Source: Bermanella sp.
GTDB lineage: Bacteria > Pseudomonadota > Gammaproteobacteria > Pseudomonadales > Oceanobacteraceae
DNA length: 32,000 nucleotides
Reading direction: 5' to 3'
Assembly (NCBI GenBank): GCA_034111105.1
Contig: JAWUXY010000047.1
Span: forward strand, 3,519 to 35,518
Position numbers and translations under genes: made by a program. A model generated the notes under the pieces. It was not told where the DNA came from and ran no database searches. It saw only the letters and a list, made by a program, of their open reading frames with translations. Of this stretch, positions 18,777 through 27,574 are shown piece after piece (the first letter of the stretch is position 1; each line of letters starts with the position of its first letter).

Positions 18777-19841
18777 CTAAACCATTTGTTCGCCACCGGC
18801 ACCACCTAATACAATTTCGCCTGCATCCGCCATACGACGAGCAATCGAAAGAATTTCTTTTTGTGCTGTCTCCACTTCACTGACTTTAACTGGGCCTTTG
18901 GCCTCAAGATCATCTCGTAATAGCTCGGCTGCACGTTTTGACATATTGCGGAATATTTTCTCTTTAAGATCTTCATCCGCACCTTTTAATGCAATCGTCA
19001 GTAGGTCACCCGATATTTCACGCAACAATACTTGAATACCCCGGTCATCCACTTCGTTAAGGTTTTCAAACACAAACATAAGATCTTGAATTTGCACACC
19101 TAGCTCTTCATCCACTTCTTTAATTTGATCAAGCAATTCACCACTCAAGGTACTATCAAGGTTATTAATAATACCAGCCGAAACTTTCACACCGCCCATT
19201 GCCGTGGTTTGTTGCCCTTGACTACCCGAGAATTGTTTTTCAAGAATATCGTTAAGTTCTTGTAACGCGGATGGTTGCACCGCTTGTAATGATGCAACAC
19301 GCATCATGATGTCGAGTCGTACTTTTTCATCGAAGTTATATAAAATTTCGGCGGCTTGATCACTTTCGAGATACGCGATAACGATGGCTTGAATCTGAGG
19401 GTGCTCATGTCGAATAATATCTGCCACAGCTCGGCTTTCCATCCACTTTAGGGTATCTAAACCTGTGGTATTGCCCCCTAATAAAATACGATCAATCAAG
19501 CCACCTGCTTTATCCGAACCCAATGCTTGGGTCAGCATGTTACGAATATAATCATCAGCCCCTAGACCTAAACCAGTTTGCCCTGATAAGCTGTCTAAAA
19601 ACTCAGCAACAACCCCTTCAACCTGTGTTTGTGAAATATCTTTTAATTGGGCCATGGTTGCACCCACCGACTGCACTTCTTTTGGGCCTAGGTGCTTAAG
19701 CAGTTCAGCTGCGTCTTTTTCACCTAAGCTCATCAACAAAATAGCGGCGCGTTGTTTGTGATCTAAACTGGCAAGCTCACCTTTTGGTGCTGCAGGTGGC
19801 TTGGCTGGTTCAGTCGCTGGTTTTTGCTCATCCTTCGGCAT
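18777..19841 (-). CDS. fliG: FliG flagellar motor switch protein
   Basis: 354 aa with FliG N/M/C domains (EHPQIQAIVIAYL, MFVFENL, RNMSKRAAELLRDDLE). The start overlaps the fliF 3' end by 14 nt. Confidence 0.97.
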   Translation of the reverse strand: MPKDEQKPATEPAKPPAAPKGELASLDHKQRAAILLMSLGEKDAAELLKHLGPKEVQSVGATMAQLKDISQTQVEGVVAEFLDSLSGQTGLGLGADDYIRNMLTQALGSDKAGGLIDRILLGGNTTGLDTLKWMESRAVADIIRHEHPQIQAIVIAYLESDQAAEILYNFDEKVRLDIMMRVASLQAVQPSALQELNDILEKQFSGSQGQQTTAMGGVKVSAGIINNLDSTLSGELLDQIKEVDEELGVQIQDLMFVFENLNEVDDRGIQVLLREISGDLLTIALKGADEDLKEKIFRNMSKRAAELLRDDLEAKGPVKVSEVETAQKEILSIARRMADAGEIVLGGAGGEQMV

Positions 19842-21573
19842 TGTTCACCCATTTCTTAAATGCTTGCGCCACTCTGGCAGGATCTTCAGCAATGAGTCCT
19901 TTCAGCGCATCTAGCTGACGTTCAAACCCTTCACTGGCACCAGGTAGTAAAAATTCATCCGCTCCTGCCAAGGTAACTTTATCGTCACCAAAGAGATCAT
20001 CGCCGCTACCAAGGTCGTCCAGTTCTCCTTCGATTTCAGCGTTCTCATCCATTTTGCCCCTGTCGATAAGGTTGCGCACAATGGGACGAATCACACCAAA
20101 AATAACAATTAATAAGAATAAACCAGCCAGTGCTTGTTTGACGATTTCCCAGAACCAAGGTTGACGCCAGAAGTCAGGTTCACCCAATTCTTGCGGACCA
20201 CCCAAGAATGCGCTGTTTATCACACTGACGCTGTCACCGCGTGCCGCATTAAAACCAACAGCATCTTTCACTAACATTTCTAAACGCGATAATTCTTCGG
20301 CAGTCCAAGTCACCGCTTCTGTTGCACCCGTTTCCGGATTCATACGCGCACGATCATTAACCGCGACGGAGACGGTAACACGGCGGATTTTGCCTACCTG
20401 ATGTTGAGTATGACTCAAAGTACGATCAACTTCATAGTTCCGTGTGGCTTCGCTGCGACGCTGGGTCGGCTGAGGTTTTTCACCATCTGCCCCTTCAGCC
20501 ACCTCTGGCGCCTCTGCTACGCCTGGAGGTTGATTTGTTAATGCTCCAGGGATGCCGCCCTCAACTTTATTTAGACTTTCTTCGTCTAAGGTTTGCTCGC
20601 TACGAAGGGCTATTAAGTCTGGATTGTAGAGTTCTTGTGTTTGTTCGACCGCGGTAAAGTCTAAATCGGCACTGACTTCGGCTTGAAAATTTTGCGACCC
20701 TAAAACCGGTTCTAAAATACGCTGTACGCGTTGATTTAAATTTTCTTCAAGTTTGCGTGTAAATTCGTATTGCTTAGCCGCTAATAAATCTTCAGTATTT
20801 TTATCGTCTTTACTCAGCAAGTTGCCTTTTTGATCCACTAGGGTGACGTTTTCCACTGGCAATTCAGGAATACTGCTGGCCACTAAATTTATAATGGCTT
20901 CTGCTTGTGCTTGCTTGAGACCCTTGCCGCCATATATCTCTAAAAAAACGGATGCTCTTGGTTCTCGATCATCTCGTACAAACACGGATTGCTTAGGTAA
21001 TGCTAAGTGTACACGTGCATTTCGCACACTCTGTAAGCTCGAAATTGTCCGCGCTAATTCCCCTTCAAGACCACGACGATAACGAGCGCTTTCGATAAAC
21101 TGACTGGTACCTAAACCCTGCTCTTTATCTAATAATTCTAAACCTGTGGAATCGTCGATATCTGCTAACACGGGCGCAAGGGCCAAGCGAGCTTCGTGAA
21201 TATCAGATTCAGGAACCGTAACAATGCCTGACGTTGGGTTAATGCGATAATCAATGCCGGTTTGATCAAGTATGCTTAAAATTTCTCTAGCATTAAAATC
21301 TTCAAGGTTGCTAATTAACGGCCTATATTGTGTTTCTTGAGACCAAACAACAACACCAATCCCCAATGCGAGTAAACCTGCAAACCCAACAAGTAAAGCC
21401 ACTTGCCTTACAATCGTAAGCTTATTAAAGCCCATCATAACTGGGTTTATTTCACTGGCATCCATGGCATCCGGCAGTGAGTCATTTAAACTCTCTGCTG
21501 GGTCAGTCATATTGGGATCTGACTGAGCTGGGAAGTTTTCCCCTGTTTCTGCCGGAACGTTGTCTGTTGCCAT
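19828..21573 (-). CDS. fliF: FliF flagellar MS-ring protein
   Basis: 581 aa with two TM segments (about aa 55-75 and about aa 470-490). YscJ/FliF motifs (LELLDKEQGLGTSQF, YRRGLEGELARTI, ARVHLALPK). Confidence 0.97.
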   Translation of the reverse strand: MATDNVPAETGENFPAQSDPNMTDPAESLNDSLPDAMDASEINPVMMGFNKLTIVRQVALLVGFAGLLALGIGVVVWSQETQYRPLISNLEDFNAREILSILDQTGIDYRINPTSGIVTVPESDIHEARLALAPVLADIDDSTGLELLDKEQGLGTSQFIESARYRRGLEGELARTISSLQSVRNARVHLALPKQSVFVRDDREPRASVFLEIYGGKGLKQAQAEAIINLVASSIPELPVENVTLVDQKGNLLSKDDKNTEDLLAAKQYEFTRKLEENLNQRVQRILEPVLGSQNFQAEVSADLDFTAVEQTQELYNPDLIALRSEQTLDEESLNKVEGGIPGALTNQPPGVAEAPEVAEGADGEKPQPTQRRSEATRNYEVDRTLSHTQHQVGKIRRVTVSVAVNDRARMNPETGATEAVTWTAEELSRLEMLVKDAVGFNAARGDSVSVINSAFLGGPQELGEPDFWRQPWFWEIVKQALAGLFLLIVIFGVIRPIVRNLIDRGKMDENAEIEGELDDLGSGDDLFGDDKVTLAGADEFLLPGASEGFERQLDALKGLIAEDPARVAQAFKKWVNNAEG

Positions 21574-21638
21574 GATAATGTAACCTTAACTACGGTTGTC
21601 TATAAAATAAAAACCTGGCTTAAATAAAAATGACACAC

Positions 21639-22034
21639 CTAAACGGGCATATTCATAATGTCTTTGTAAGCATCTACAAGCTTATTGCGGACTTCTTTCA
21701 TGGCATCAAATGATACGCTGGCTTTTTGCGCGGCAATCATGACTTCGGGTAAATCCACCATTGGATCACCTTTCTCAAAACGAGTACGCAGTTCTGAACT
21801 TTGTTTTTGTTGCTCATTAACACTATTAATGGCATTACCAAACATGGTTTGAAAGTCCGGAACATTCGGATCTGCTTTGATATTGGGATAATTTTGACTT
21901 TGGTTTTGTAACTTATCGACTTCTTGTGTCAATCGATCCGCTGCGGATAAGTCCGTTTGGTTAGGCTCTTGTATTTGAGAGCGTACTTGGCGCAATTGTG
22001 ATAGGACACTGTTTATGTCTGCTCTATCAACCAT
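21639..22034 (-). CDS. fliE: FliE flagellar hook-basal body complex protein
   Basis: 131 aa with the conserved FliE C-terminus ([38 protein letters not shown]). Lies upstream of fliF. Confidence 0.92.
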   Translation of the reverse strand: MVDRADINSVLSQLRQVRSQIQEPNQTDLSAADRLTQEVDKLQNQSQNYPNIKADPNVPDFQTMFGNAINSVNEQQKQSSELRTRFEKGDPMVDLPEVMIAAQKASVSFDAMKEVRNKLVDAYKDIMNMPV

Positions 22035-22056
22035 GTTTCACCTCATTCATTAGTTT

Positions 22057-22092
22057 GCCAAAAAAATGCCATCCGTTGGCAGCTTCCCTGCC
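22057..22092 (-). promoter_or_regulatory. Two adjacent candidate sigma-54 promoters for fliE
   Basis: On the minus strand, 22079-22092 reads GGCAG-GGAAG-CTGC and 22057-22071 reads TGGCAT-TTTTT-TGGC. Both have GG-N10-GC spacing. Neither has a perfect -12 TTGC, and the proximal one leaves a very short leader. Confidence 0.4.
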
Positions 22093-22186
22093 TTAACGTC
22101 CCTGTTAGACGTCTTCCTGACATTTTTTCCATTCGTATGTGTTAATTGCATAACACAGGCCAAGTTAAAGTTTGTTTTGTTACTGA

Positions 22187-23578
22187 CTAAAACATTAAAT
22201 TGGCTTGAATATCGATGCCTTGCTCACGCATTTGAGCCATTTTATATCGTAATGTACGTGGGCTAATGCCCAGTTTTTCAGCGGCTCTTTTTTTATTTTT
22301 TTCATGCTTTAGAGCATCTAAAATTAAGGTATATTCGCGTTGTTTTAAATTATCACCTAACCCATCAGCCGGTACATTAGTAGCCATTACAGGCTCTGAG
22401 GGAATGGCCATATCTAGGCCTTGAAACGGACTCGCTTGAAGCGGTTGCATGTGTGTTTCTGATTCGACATTCAATACAATATCACTGGCTGTAATACTGT
22501 GGCCGGTTTGAATGATAAGCGCTCGCTGAATAACGTTATCTAATTCTCGAACGTTCCCTGGCCAACTATGTTGCTGTAATTTTTGCTGTGCACTTTCATC
22601 AAAAATAAGTGTCGATTTATTTTGTTTTTTACAATGTTTGTGCAGTAAACGCTCAGCAATAGGCAATAAGTCCTGCTGGCGCTGACGTAATGATTTCCAT
22701 TGCAATGGAAATACGCTCAAACGATAATATAAATCCTCACGGAATTTTTTTTCGTTCACGTATTCGATTAAATTACGATTGGTGGTTGCTAAAATGCGAA
22801 CATCTAATGAAATCACCTTACGCCCACCTAAGCGCTCCACTTCTCGTTCTTGTAGCACACGTAATAATTTTGCTTGTAGGCCAATTTCCATTTCACTGAT
22901 TTCATCTAACAGTAATGTACCGCCTTGAGCCTGCTCAAATTTTCCTGGCATACTATTATAAGCACCGGTGAATGCACCTTTTTCGTAACCAAATAACGTG
23001 GATTCCAACATATTTTCAGGAATAGCAGCACAATTAATTGCAATAAATGGCCCGCTCTTTCGTGGACTATTTTGATGAATATAACGTGCTAATACTTCTT
23101 TACCTGTACCGCTTTCACCGCTAATTAAAACGGTTGCTTCACTGCCGGCAACTTGTTTCGCGAGTTTTAATAACGCTCGACTAGAAGGGTCTTGTGCAAC
23201 CGGTTCATTGCTTTTAGTTTGATCACTGGATTGATGACGAAATTGATTCACGGTTTCAACTAATACACTGACTTCAAATGGCTTAACCAGATAATCCATC
23301 GCACCCTGCTGAATAGCCTGTACCGCTTTTTCAACTTCACCAAACGCCGTCATTAAAACCATAGGAATAGATGGGTACTGACTCTTCACATGATTGAGTA
23401 AATCAAAGCCAGATAATGCCCCCATACTGATATCCGATAAAATCATATCGACTGACTGCTTTTGCAAAAATACCATAGCGTCTTCAGCACTACTGGCTTC
23501 GAACGTTTGTATTTTTTGTAATTGCAGAGTATCAACAATCGCATCACGCAATTGGCTATCATCCTCAACTATCAGCAT
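22187..23578 (-). CDS. flrC: FlrC/FleR sigma-54-dependent flagellar response regulator
   Basis: REC (MLIVEDDSQ, ILSDISMG), AAA+ ([21 protein letters not shown] sigma-54 contact loop) and a C-terminal Fis-type HTH. I place the start at the ATG at 23578, 1 nt after the flrB stop. The ORF-track start at 23665 would overlap flrB by 86 nt and add a non-REC leader. Confidence 0.92.
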   Translation of the reverse strand: MLIVEDDSQLRDAIVDTLQLQKIQTFEASSAEDAMVFLQKQSVDMILSDISMGALSGFDLLNHVKSQYPSIPMVLMTAFGEVEKAVQAIQQGAMDYLVKPFEVSVLVETVNQFRHQSSDQTKSNEPVAQDPSSRALLKLAKQVAGSEATVLISGESGTGKEVLARYIHQNSPRKSGPFIAINCAAIPENMLESTLFGYEKGAFTGAYNSMPGKFEQAQGGTLLLDEISEMEIGLQAKLLRVLQEREVERLGGRKVISLDVRILATTNRNLIEYVNEKKFREDLYYRLSVFPLQWKSLRQRQQDLLPIAERLLHKHCKKQNKSTLIFDESAQQKLQQHSWPGNVRELDNVIQRALIIQTGHSITASDIVLNVESETHMQPLQASPFQGLDMAIPSEPVMATNVPADGLGDNLKQREYTLILDALKHEKNKKRAAEKLGISPRTLRYKMAQMREQGIDIQANLMF

Positions 23579-23579
23579 T

Positions 23580-24794
23580 TTAAATTGATTCACGGCCCAT
23601 CTCCTTTTTAACTGCTTGATGGCTAATAGGCAGCGACATAACAAAACATGCGCCACCTTGTTCATGATTAAAGAAATTCAATTTCCCATAATGGGCACGC
23701 ACAACCGCATTGACCACTGGCAAACCTAAGCCTGTTCCATTACTTTTGGTTGTATAAAACGGTTCAGTCATTTTTTCTGATTCATCGGCATTTAGACCTG
23801 GACCATTATCACAAACAGATATGGTTAAATAATTATTTTTTTGAATAATGTGGACACGTATTCTGGCTTGCACTGTGTGCTCTTCAGCGGCTTCAATTCC
23901 GTTTGATATAAGGTTTTGAATCGCGCCAATCAAACTTTCTTGATGACATTGAATCTGGCATTCTGAATATTCACTACTGATTTCAATTTCAGCTTGAAAC
24001 TGTTTATGCAGGATATTTTTTGCCTCACAAATTAATTTTATTAAATCATTTTGCTTGAGCAACTTATTCAATGGCGCGCTACCACGAGCAAAAATCAACA
24101 TATCACGCACCTGAGCTTCAATATTTTTTAATTGACGCCCTAACTTCTTAGAAAATTTAATACGAGTCTGCGGATCCAAGTCATTACTAGCTAAGTGCTG
24201 ACTGTACAACATGGCGCCAGATAGTGGCGTACGTACTTGATGAGCGAGACTGGCTACCATTTTCCCCATAGCCATTAAACGCTGGTGTCGTGCCAGTTTT
24301 GCTTGTAAGTCACGGGTTTCTGTTTGGTCTGTCATTAATACAATTTGGCCCGGTTCATTTTCTAAACCAGAAGTCTGGATACTTAGACGTCTGCCATTAA
24401 TTAATGATACTTCGTGGCCATCATCTTCGCGGGGGCGAAAATATTGATTAATCACATTTCGCCAAAGCTGTCCTTGCAACCCTTCATGATGCAACATGGC
24501 ATGGGCAGCACGATTACTTTCTTGAACTCGACCATTGCCGTCAAGCACCACGACACCACCCGGTAATAATTGCAATAGGCTGTGCAGTCTATTCGCTAGG
24601 CGTTCTTTTTCTTTTAACTCTTTCATGCGTGCTGCACTGACTTCTGCAAGCTCACCCGATAAAAGATGAACCTGACTTTCTAACTTGCTATAACTGTCAG
24701 TAAGTTGTTCCGACATTTGATTAAAGAGTTCAAATGCTTGACGTAACCCTTCTTTGGGTTGTATTTCGTGAGGACTCTCAATGTAAGACGTCAT
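23580..24794 (-). CDS. flrB: FlrB/FleS flagellar sensor histidine kinase (cytoplasmic, PAS-HisKA-HATPase)
   Basis: PAS region (LLPGGVVVLDGNGRVQESN), H-box MVASLAHQVRTPLS, N-box LISNGIEA, G-boxes DNGPGL and GTGLGL. ATG at 24794 preferred; the track uses a TTG at 24827. Confidence 0.88.
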   Translation of the reverse strand: MTSYIESPHEIQPKEGLRQAFELFNQMSEQLTDSYSKLESQVHLLSGELAEVSAARMKELKEKERLANRLHSLLQLLPGGVVVLDGNGRVQESNRAAHAMLHHEGLQGQLWRNVINQYFRPREDDGHEVSLINGRRLSIQTSGLENEPGQIVLMTDQTETRDLQAKLARHQRLMAMGKMVASLAHQVRTPLSGAMLYSQHLASNDLDPQTRIKFSKKLGRQLKNIEAQVRDMLIFARGSAPLNKLLKQNDLIKLICEAKNILHKQFQAEIEISSEYSECQIQCHQESLIGAIQNLISNGIEAAEEHTVQARIRVHIIQKNNYLTISVCDNGPGLNADESEKMTEPFYTTKSNGTGLGLPVVNAVVRAHYGKLNFFNHEQGGACFVMSLPISHQAVKKEMGRESI

Positions 24795-24861
24795 ATACTC
24801 CACACCTAAACGTGTTAATGAAGCCAAATAAATGGCTAAATAAGCTTTCTATAGTGGTAAT

Positions 24862-24877
24862 GGCAATTTGCGTGCCG
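24862..24877 (-). promoter_or_regulatory. Sigma-54 (-24/-12) promoter for flrBC
   Basis: The minus strand reads cGGCAC-GCAAA-TTGCc, an exact GGCAC/TTGC with correct spacing, about 68 nt upstream of the flrB ATG at 24794. Confidence 0.75.
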
Positions 24878-24951
24878 CATCACATTTTTATAATGACGCA
24901 GTATATAAAGAGAATGGTTAAGCTAAGGTGGGTATTAAAAATAGAATATTG

Positions 24952-24965
24952 GTCAATTTAATAAG
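24952..24965. promoter_or_regulatory. Possible FlrA/FleQ enhancer box upstream of the flrBC sigma-54 promoter
   Basis: GTCAATTTAATAAG matches 11 of 13 defined positions of the P. aeruginosa FleQ box as I recall it (GTCAnTAAATTGAC, read on the other strand). It lies 75 bp upstream of the -24 element. Single occurrence in the window. Confidence 0.3.
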
Positions 24966-24987
24966 AGAAACGTCGTTTGTTAGATAT

Positions 24988-25016
24988 AAAAAAAGCCCTT
25001 TCGGGCTTTTTTTATT
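24988..25016 (-). terminator. Rho-independent terminator after flrA
   Basis: AAAGCCC-TTTC-GGGCTTT hairpin flanked by A and T runs on both sides, 18 nt after the flrA stop. Confidence 0.85.
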
Positions 25017-25033
25017 CTCGCTCGTTAGCGAAA

Positions 25034-26506
25034 TTAATCGTCAAATTCTTCTGCGTGCTCTTTTTCTTTTCGCTGTAAGCCATATTTACGCATCTTCTCA
25101 ACTAACGTTGTACGGCGTATTTTTAATTTTTCAGCGGCTCTGGCGACAACACCGCAAGCATCATCAAGTGCTTGTTGAATTAATGAGCGTTCTAAGTTAG
25201 TCAGATAATCTTTTAAATCAATACCGTTTACCGGTAACAATGCAGGAGTATCTAACCCAACAAGACCTGGTTCGCTAGGAAGCATAACCGGTTCTTGCAT
25301 GCGACTTTCATCTTCGTCACCTTCATCAACATGGCGGAATTTTTTCGGCAGTTCTGGTACACCAATCACACCATAAGGATGTAAGATCGCTAAGCGTTCA
25401 ACTAAGTTGGCCAGTTCGCGTACGTTTCCATGCCAATCATGCCGACACAGGGACATGATCGCAGCACTATTAAAACGAATAGAACCGCGTTTTTCATTTT
25501 CCATACGAGAGATTAATTCGTTTAACAAAAGCGGGATATCTTCACGACGATCACGTAACGCGGGTACTTCGACCGGAAAAACGTTTAGTCGATAATATAA
25601 ATCTTCACGGAAGGTTTCATCTGCGACCATGGCTTCAAGATTTTTATGCGTTGCTGCGATAATACGTACATCTGTTTGTAATGTTTTAGTACCGCCAACA
25701 CGCTCATAGGTACGCTCTTGTAAAACTCGTAATAACTTTACTTGCATATTGAGCGGTAAATCACCTATTTCATCTAAGAAAAGCGTACCGCCTTCAGCCA
25801 TTTCAAAACGACCACTGCGAGATGTAATGGCCCCTGTGAATGCGCCTTTCTCATGACCAAACAATTCGCTTTCTATTAATTCATTTGGGATAGCGCCACA
25901 GTTAACTGGAACAAAGGGGCCATCACGACGACCACTGTGATAATGTAAATTGCGCGCAACCACTTCCTTACCTGTACCGCTTTCACCTGTAATTAAAACC
26001 GTTACACTCTTATCAGCCACTTGATGCATTAATTCTCGCACATATTGAATTTGGCGACTGGTTCCTACCAATGAGCGAAATAATTGAACAGGGCGGCGTT
26101 CACCACGAACGCGATTATGAGCAAAATGTTCACGGTAAATTTGTGCTCGGTGCAAACTATCTAAAAGTTTATTGTAACTGGGGGGCATGCTCACATGAGC
26201 AATAATAGAACGGCGTACATCATCGGGTAAATCGGAAGGAAGCTCCTCATCACCCACATAAATCATGGGCATGCCTTTGTCCCATTCATTTATTTCTTTG
26301 AGTAACGTATCTAATGATGTCTTTTCAGAGCTGCCAATTATGAAGGCAACAATATTAGAGACATCGCCATTACTAGTTGCAACATCGCGCCAATTCGATG
26401 TTTTGCTGCTAAATGACTCTTCACCTAAAAAATCAAGCAATACTTGCATGTCATGTTGACGTTGCTCGTTATCATCCACCAACAGGACTTTAATTTCTCG
26501 CCACAT
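25034..26506 (-). CDS. flrA: FlrA/FleQ sigma-54-dependent master flagellar regulator
   Basis: Degenerate FleQ-type N-terminal receiver ([29 protein letters not shown]), AAA+ ([21 protein letters not shown]) and a C-terminal HTH. Synteny fliS-flrA-flrBC. Confidence 0.92.
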   Translation of the reverse strand: MWREIKVLLVDDNEQRQHDMQVLLDFLGEESFSSKTSNWRDVATSNGDVSNIVAFIIGSSEKTSLDTLLKEINEWDKGMPMIYVGDEELPSDLPDDVRRSIIAHVSMPPSYNKLLDSLHRAQIYREHFAHNRVRGERRPVQLFRSLVGTSRQIQYVRELMHQVADKSVTVLITGESGTGKEVVARNLHYHSGRRDGPFVPVNCGAIPNELIESELFGHEKGAFTGAITSRSGRFEMAEGGTLFLDEIGDLPLNMQVKLLRVLQERTYERVGGTKTLQTDVRIIAATHKNLEAMVADETFREDLYYRLNVFPVEVPALRDRREDIPLLLNELISRMENEKRGSIRFNSAAIMSLCRHDWHGNVRELANLVERLAILHPYGVIGVPELPKKFRHVDEGDEDESRMQEPVMLPSEPGLVGLDTPALLPVNGIDLKDYLTNLERSLIQQALDDACGVVARAAEKLKIRRTTLVEKMRKYGLQRKEKEHAEEFDD

Positions 26507-26650
26507 GGTGCACCTTTACCCCAGTTTTTATTGACTTCATTTGGTCACAAACTCGTCGTTAATTTGACTAGTTTCTTCTAGTTAAGTTGATGAGGACGTT
26601 GCGGTCAAATAAATGACGATAAAACTTTATTGTTATTATTTATAAGCAAA

Positions 26651-26673
26651 GTAAATGATATTTTGTCATTTAC
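26651..26673. promoter_or_regulatory. Perfect 8-bp inverted repeat in the flrA upstream region (candidate operator)
   Basis: GTAAATGA-tattttg-TCATTTAC, about 145-165 bp upstream of the flrA ATG in an AT-rich 350-bp intergenic region. The cognate factor is unknown. Confidence 0.3.
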
Positions 26674-26807
26674 CTTGCATTAGCTTATTAGTGTCAAAAA
26701 AAATGAGATCTGTAAACCATTTTCTTCAATAGGTTCAAAATATTTTTCTAGCTAGTTAATTGTTTTTTAACTGTTTAATTCCTATAGCCCATATAATACG
26801 GGGGCTA

Positions 26808-26836
26808 TAATAAAAAAGGCCTTGACGGCCCTTCTT
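26808..26836 (-). terminator. Rho-independent terminator after fliS
   Basis: The minus strand reads AAGGGCC-GTCAA-GGCCTTTTTTATTAT, a stem of about 7 bp with one G-U pair followed by a U-run. A second 8-bp inverted repeat, TATAGCCC-N11-GGGCTATA, follows immediately at 26783-26809. Confidence 0.7.
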
Positions 26837-26856
26837 AAAATATTGGCGAGTACTAA

Positions 26857-27300
26857 CTAGACTGACAAGTGATTTTGCTCAGGTGCTGGCTGCAATTTGC
26901 CTTGACCTTTAATCTCTTCATAGCTTGCACGAATGCCCTCCCAGCCGGTTTTCACCTCGGACAACAGTTCCATAACCTCATTTATGATCACGGCGTCGTT
27001 TTTAGTATTCGCTTCAAATAAGCGACGTGCCATATAATCATACAGGCGTTCCAGGTTAGCACTGATTTCACCACCCCTTTCATGATCCAGTGACTCTTGA
27101 AGCGCACAAATAATATCGATTGCACGTCCAATTTTTTCATTTTTTGCCGCATAATCTTTCTTTTCTATGTAGGTTTTTGCCATAGAAAGCCGAGTAAGTG
27201 CCCCTTCAAGTAATAGTTGAATTAGCTTGTGTGGATCAGCTTCCATCACTTCTGTTTGCAAGCTAACTTGACTGTATTCCTTTGCGCCTTTTGTATACAT
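26857..27300 (-). CDS. fliS: FliS flagellin-specific export chaperone
   Basis: FliS motifs (ADPHKLIQLLLEGALTRL, KIGRAIDIICALQESLD, GGEISANLERLYDYMARRL). ATG at 27300 (MYTKG) preferred, with a GAGGGG SD 7 nt upstream. The track starts at a TTG at 27315. Confidence 0.9.
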   Translation of the reverse strand: MYTKGAKEYSQVSLQTEVMEADPHKLIQLLLEGALTRLSMAKTYIEKKDYAAKNEKIGRAIDIICALQESLDHERGGEISANLERLYDYMARRLFEANTKNDAVIINEVMELLSEVKTGWEGIRASYEEIKGQGKLQPAPEQNHLSV

Positions 27301-27507
27301 ACTCATACCCCTCAATTACTACATAAAGGTAAACGGCCTTTGTCTGAATATCTTTAATAATTATTTAAAATAGATTGATTTGGCATAGTAACACTACGCC
27401 ACAGCGGTACGATTTCCCACTAAAAGCGGCAAGCCTCTGCCCCTTTAAAACGGATCGAGTCCACACATAAAACACCTAACCAATTGAAATATAAGTAATA
27501 TTTTTCA

Positions 27508-27523
27508 TGGCACAGGGTGTGCT
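27508..27523 (+). promoter_or_regulatory. Sigma-54 (-24/-12) promoter for the TPR-methyltransferase gene
   Basis: The plus strand reads TGGCAC-AGGGT-GTGCT, a perfect -24 element with GG-N10-GC spacing, 52 nt upstream of the ATG at 27575 (AAAGGA SD). Confidence 0.65.
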
Positions 27524-27574
27524 TATAAGGAAATATCATAGCAATCGCTGTTATCGTAGCGAAAGGATTTACCC

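Noticed and set aside
23579-23665. Extended FlrC N-terminus (MNKVAHVLLCRCLLAIKQLKRRWAVNQFK) from the ORF-track start
   Set aside because: It would overlap flrB by 86 nt and add a non-receiver leader. The ATG at 23578 gives the canonical MLIVEDD receiver start 1 nt after the flrB stop.
26651-26673. Reading the flrA-upstream palindrome as a CRP/Vfr site
   Set aside because: The half-sites are AATGA/TCATT with a 7-nt spacer, whereas CRP is TGTGA-N6-TCACA. Both spacing and core differ, so no factor is assigned.
27429-27442. Possible minus-strand sigma-54 element (GGGCAG-AGGC-TTGC) upstream of fliS
   Set aside because: The spacing fits only if the -24 motif is read as GGGCAG. Read as the better GGCAG motif, the spacer is one nt short. 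It lies about 130 nt from the fliS start. The match is too weak to call.
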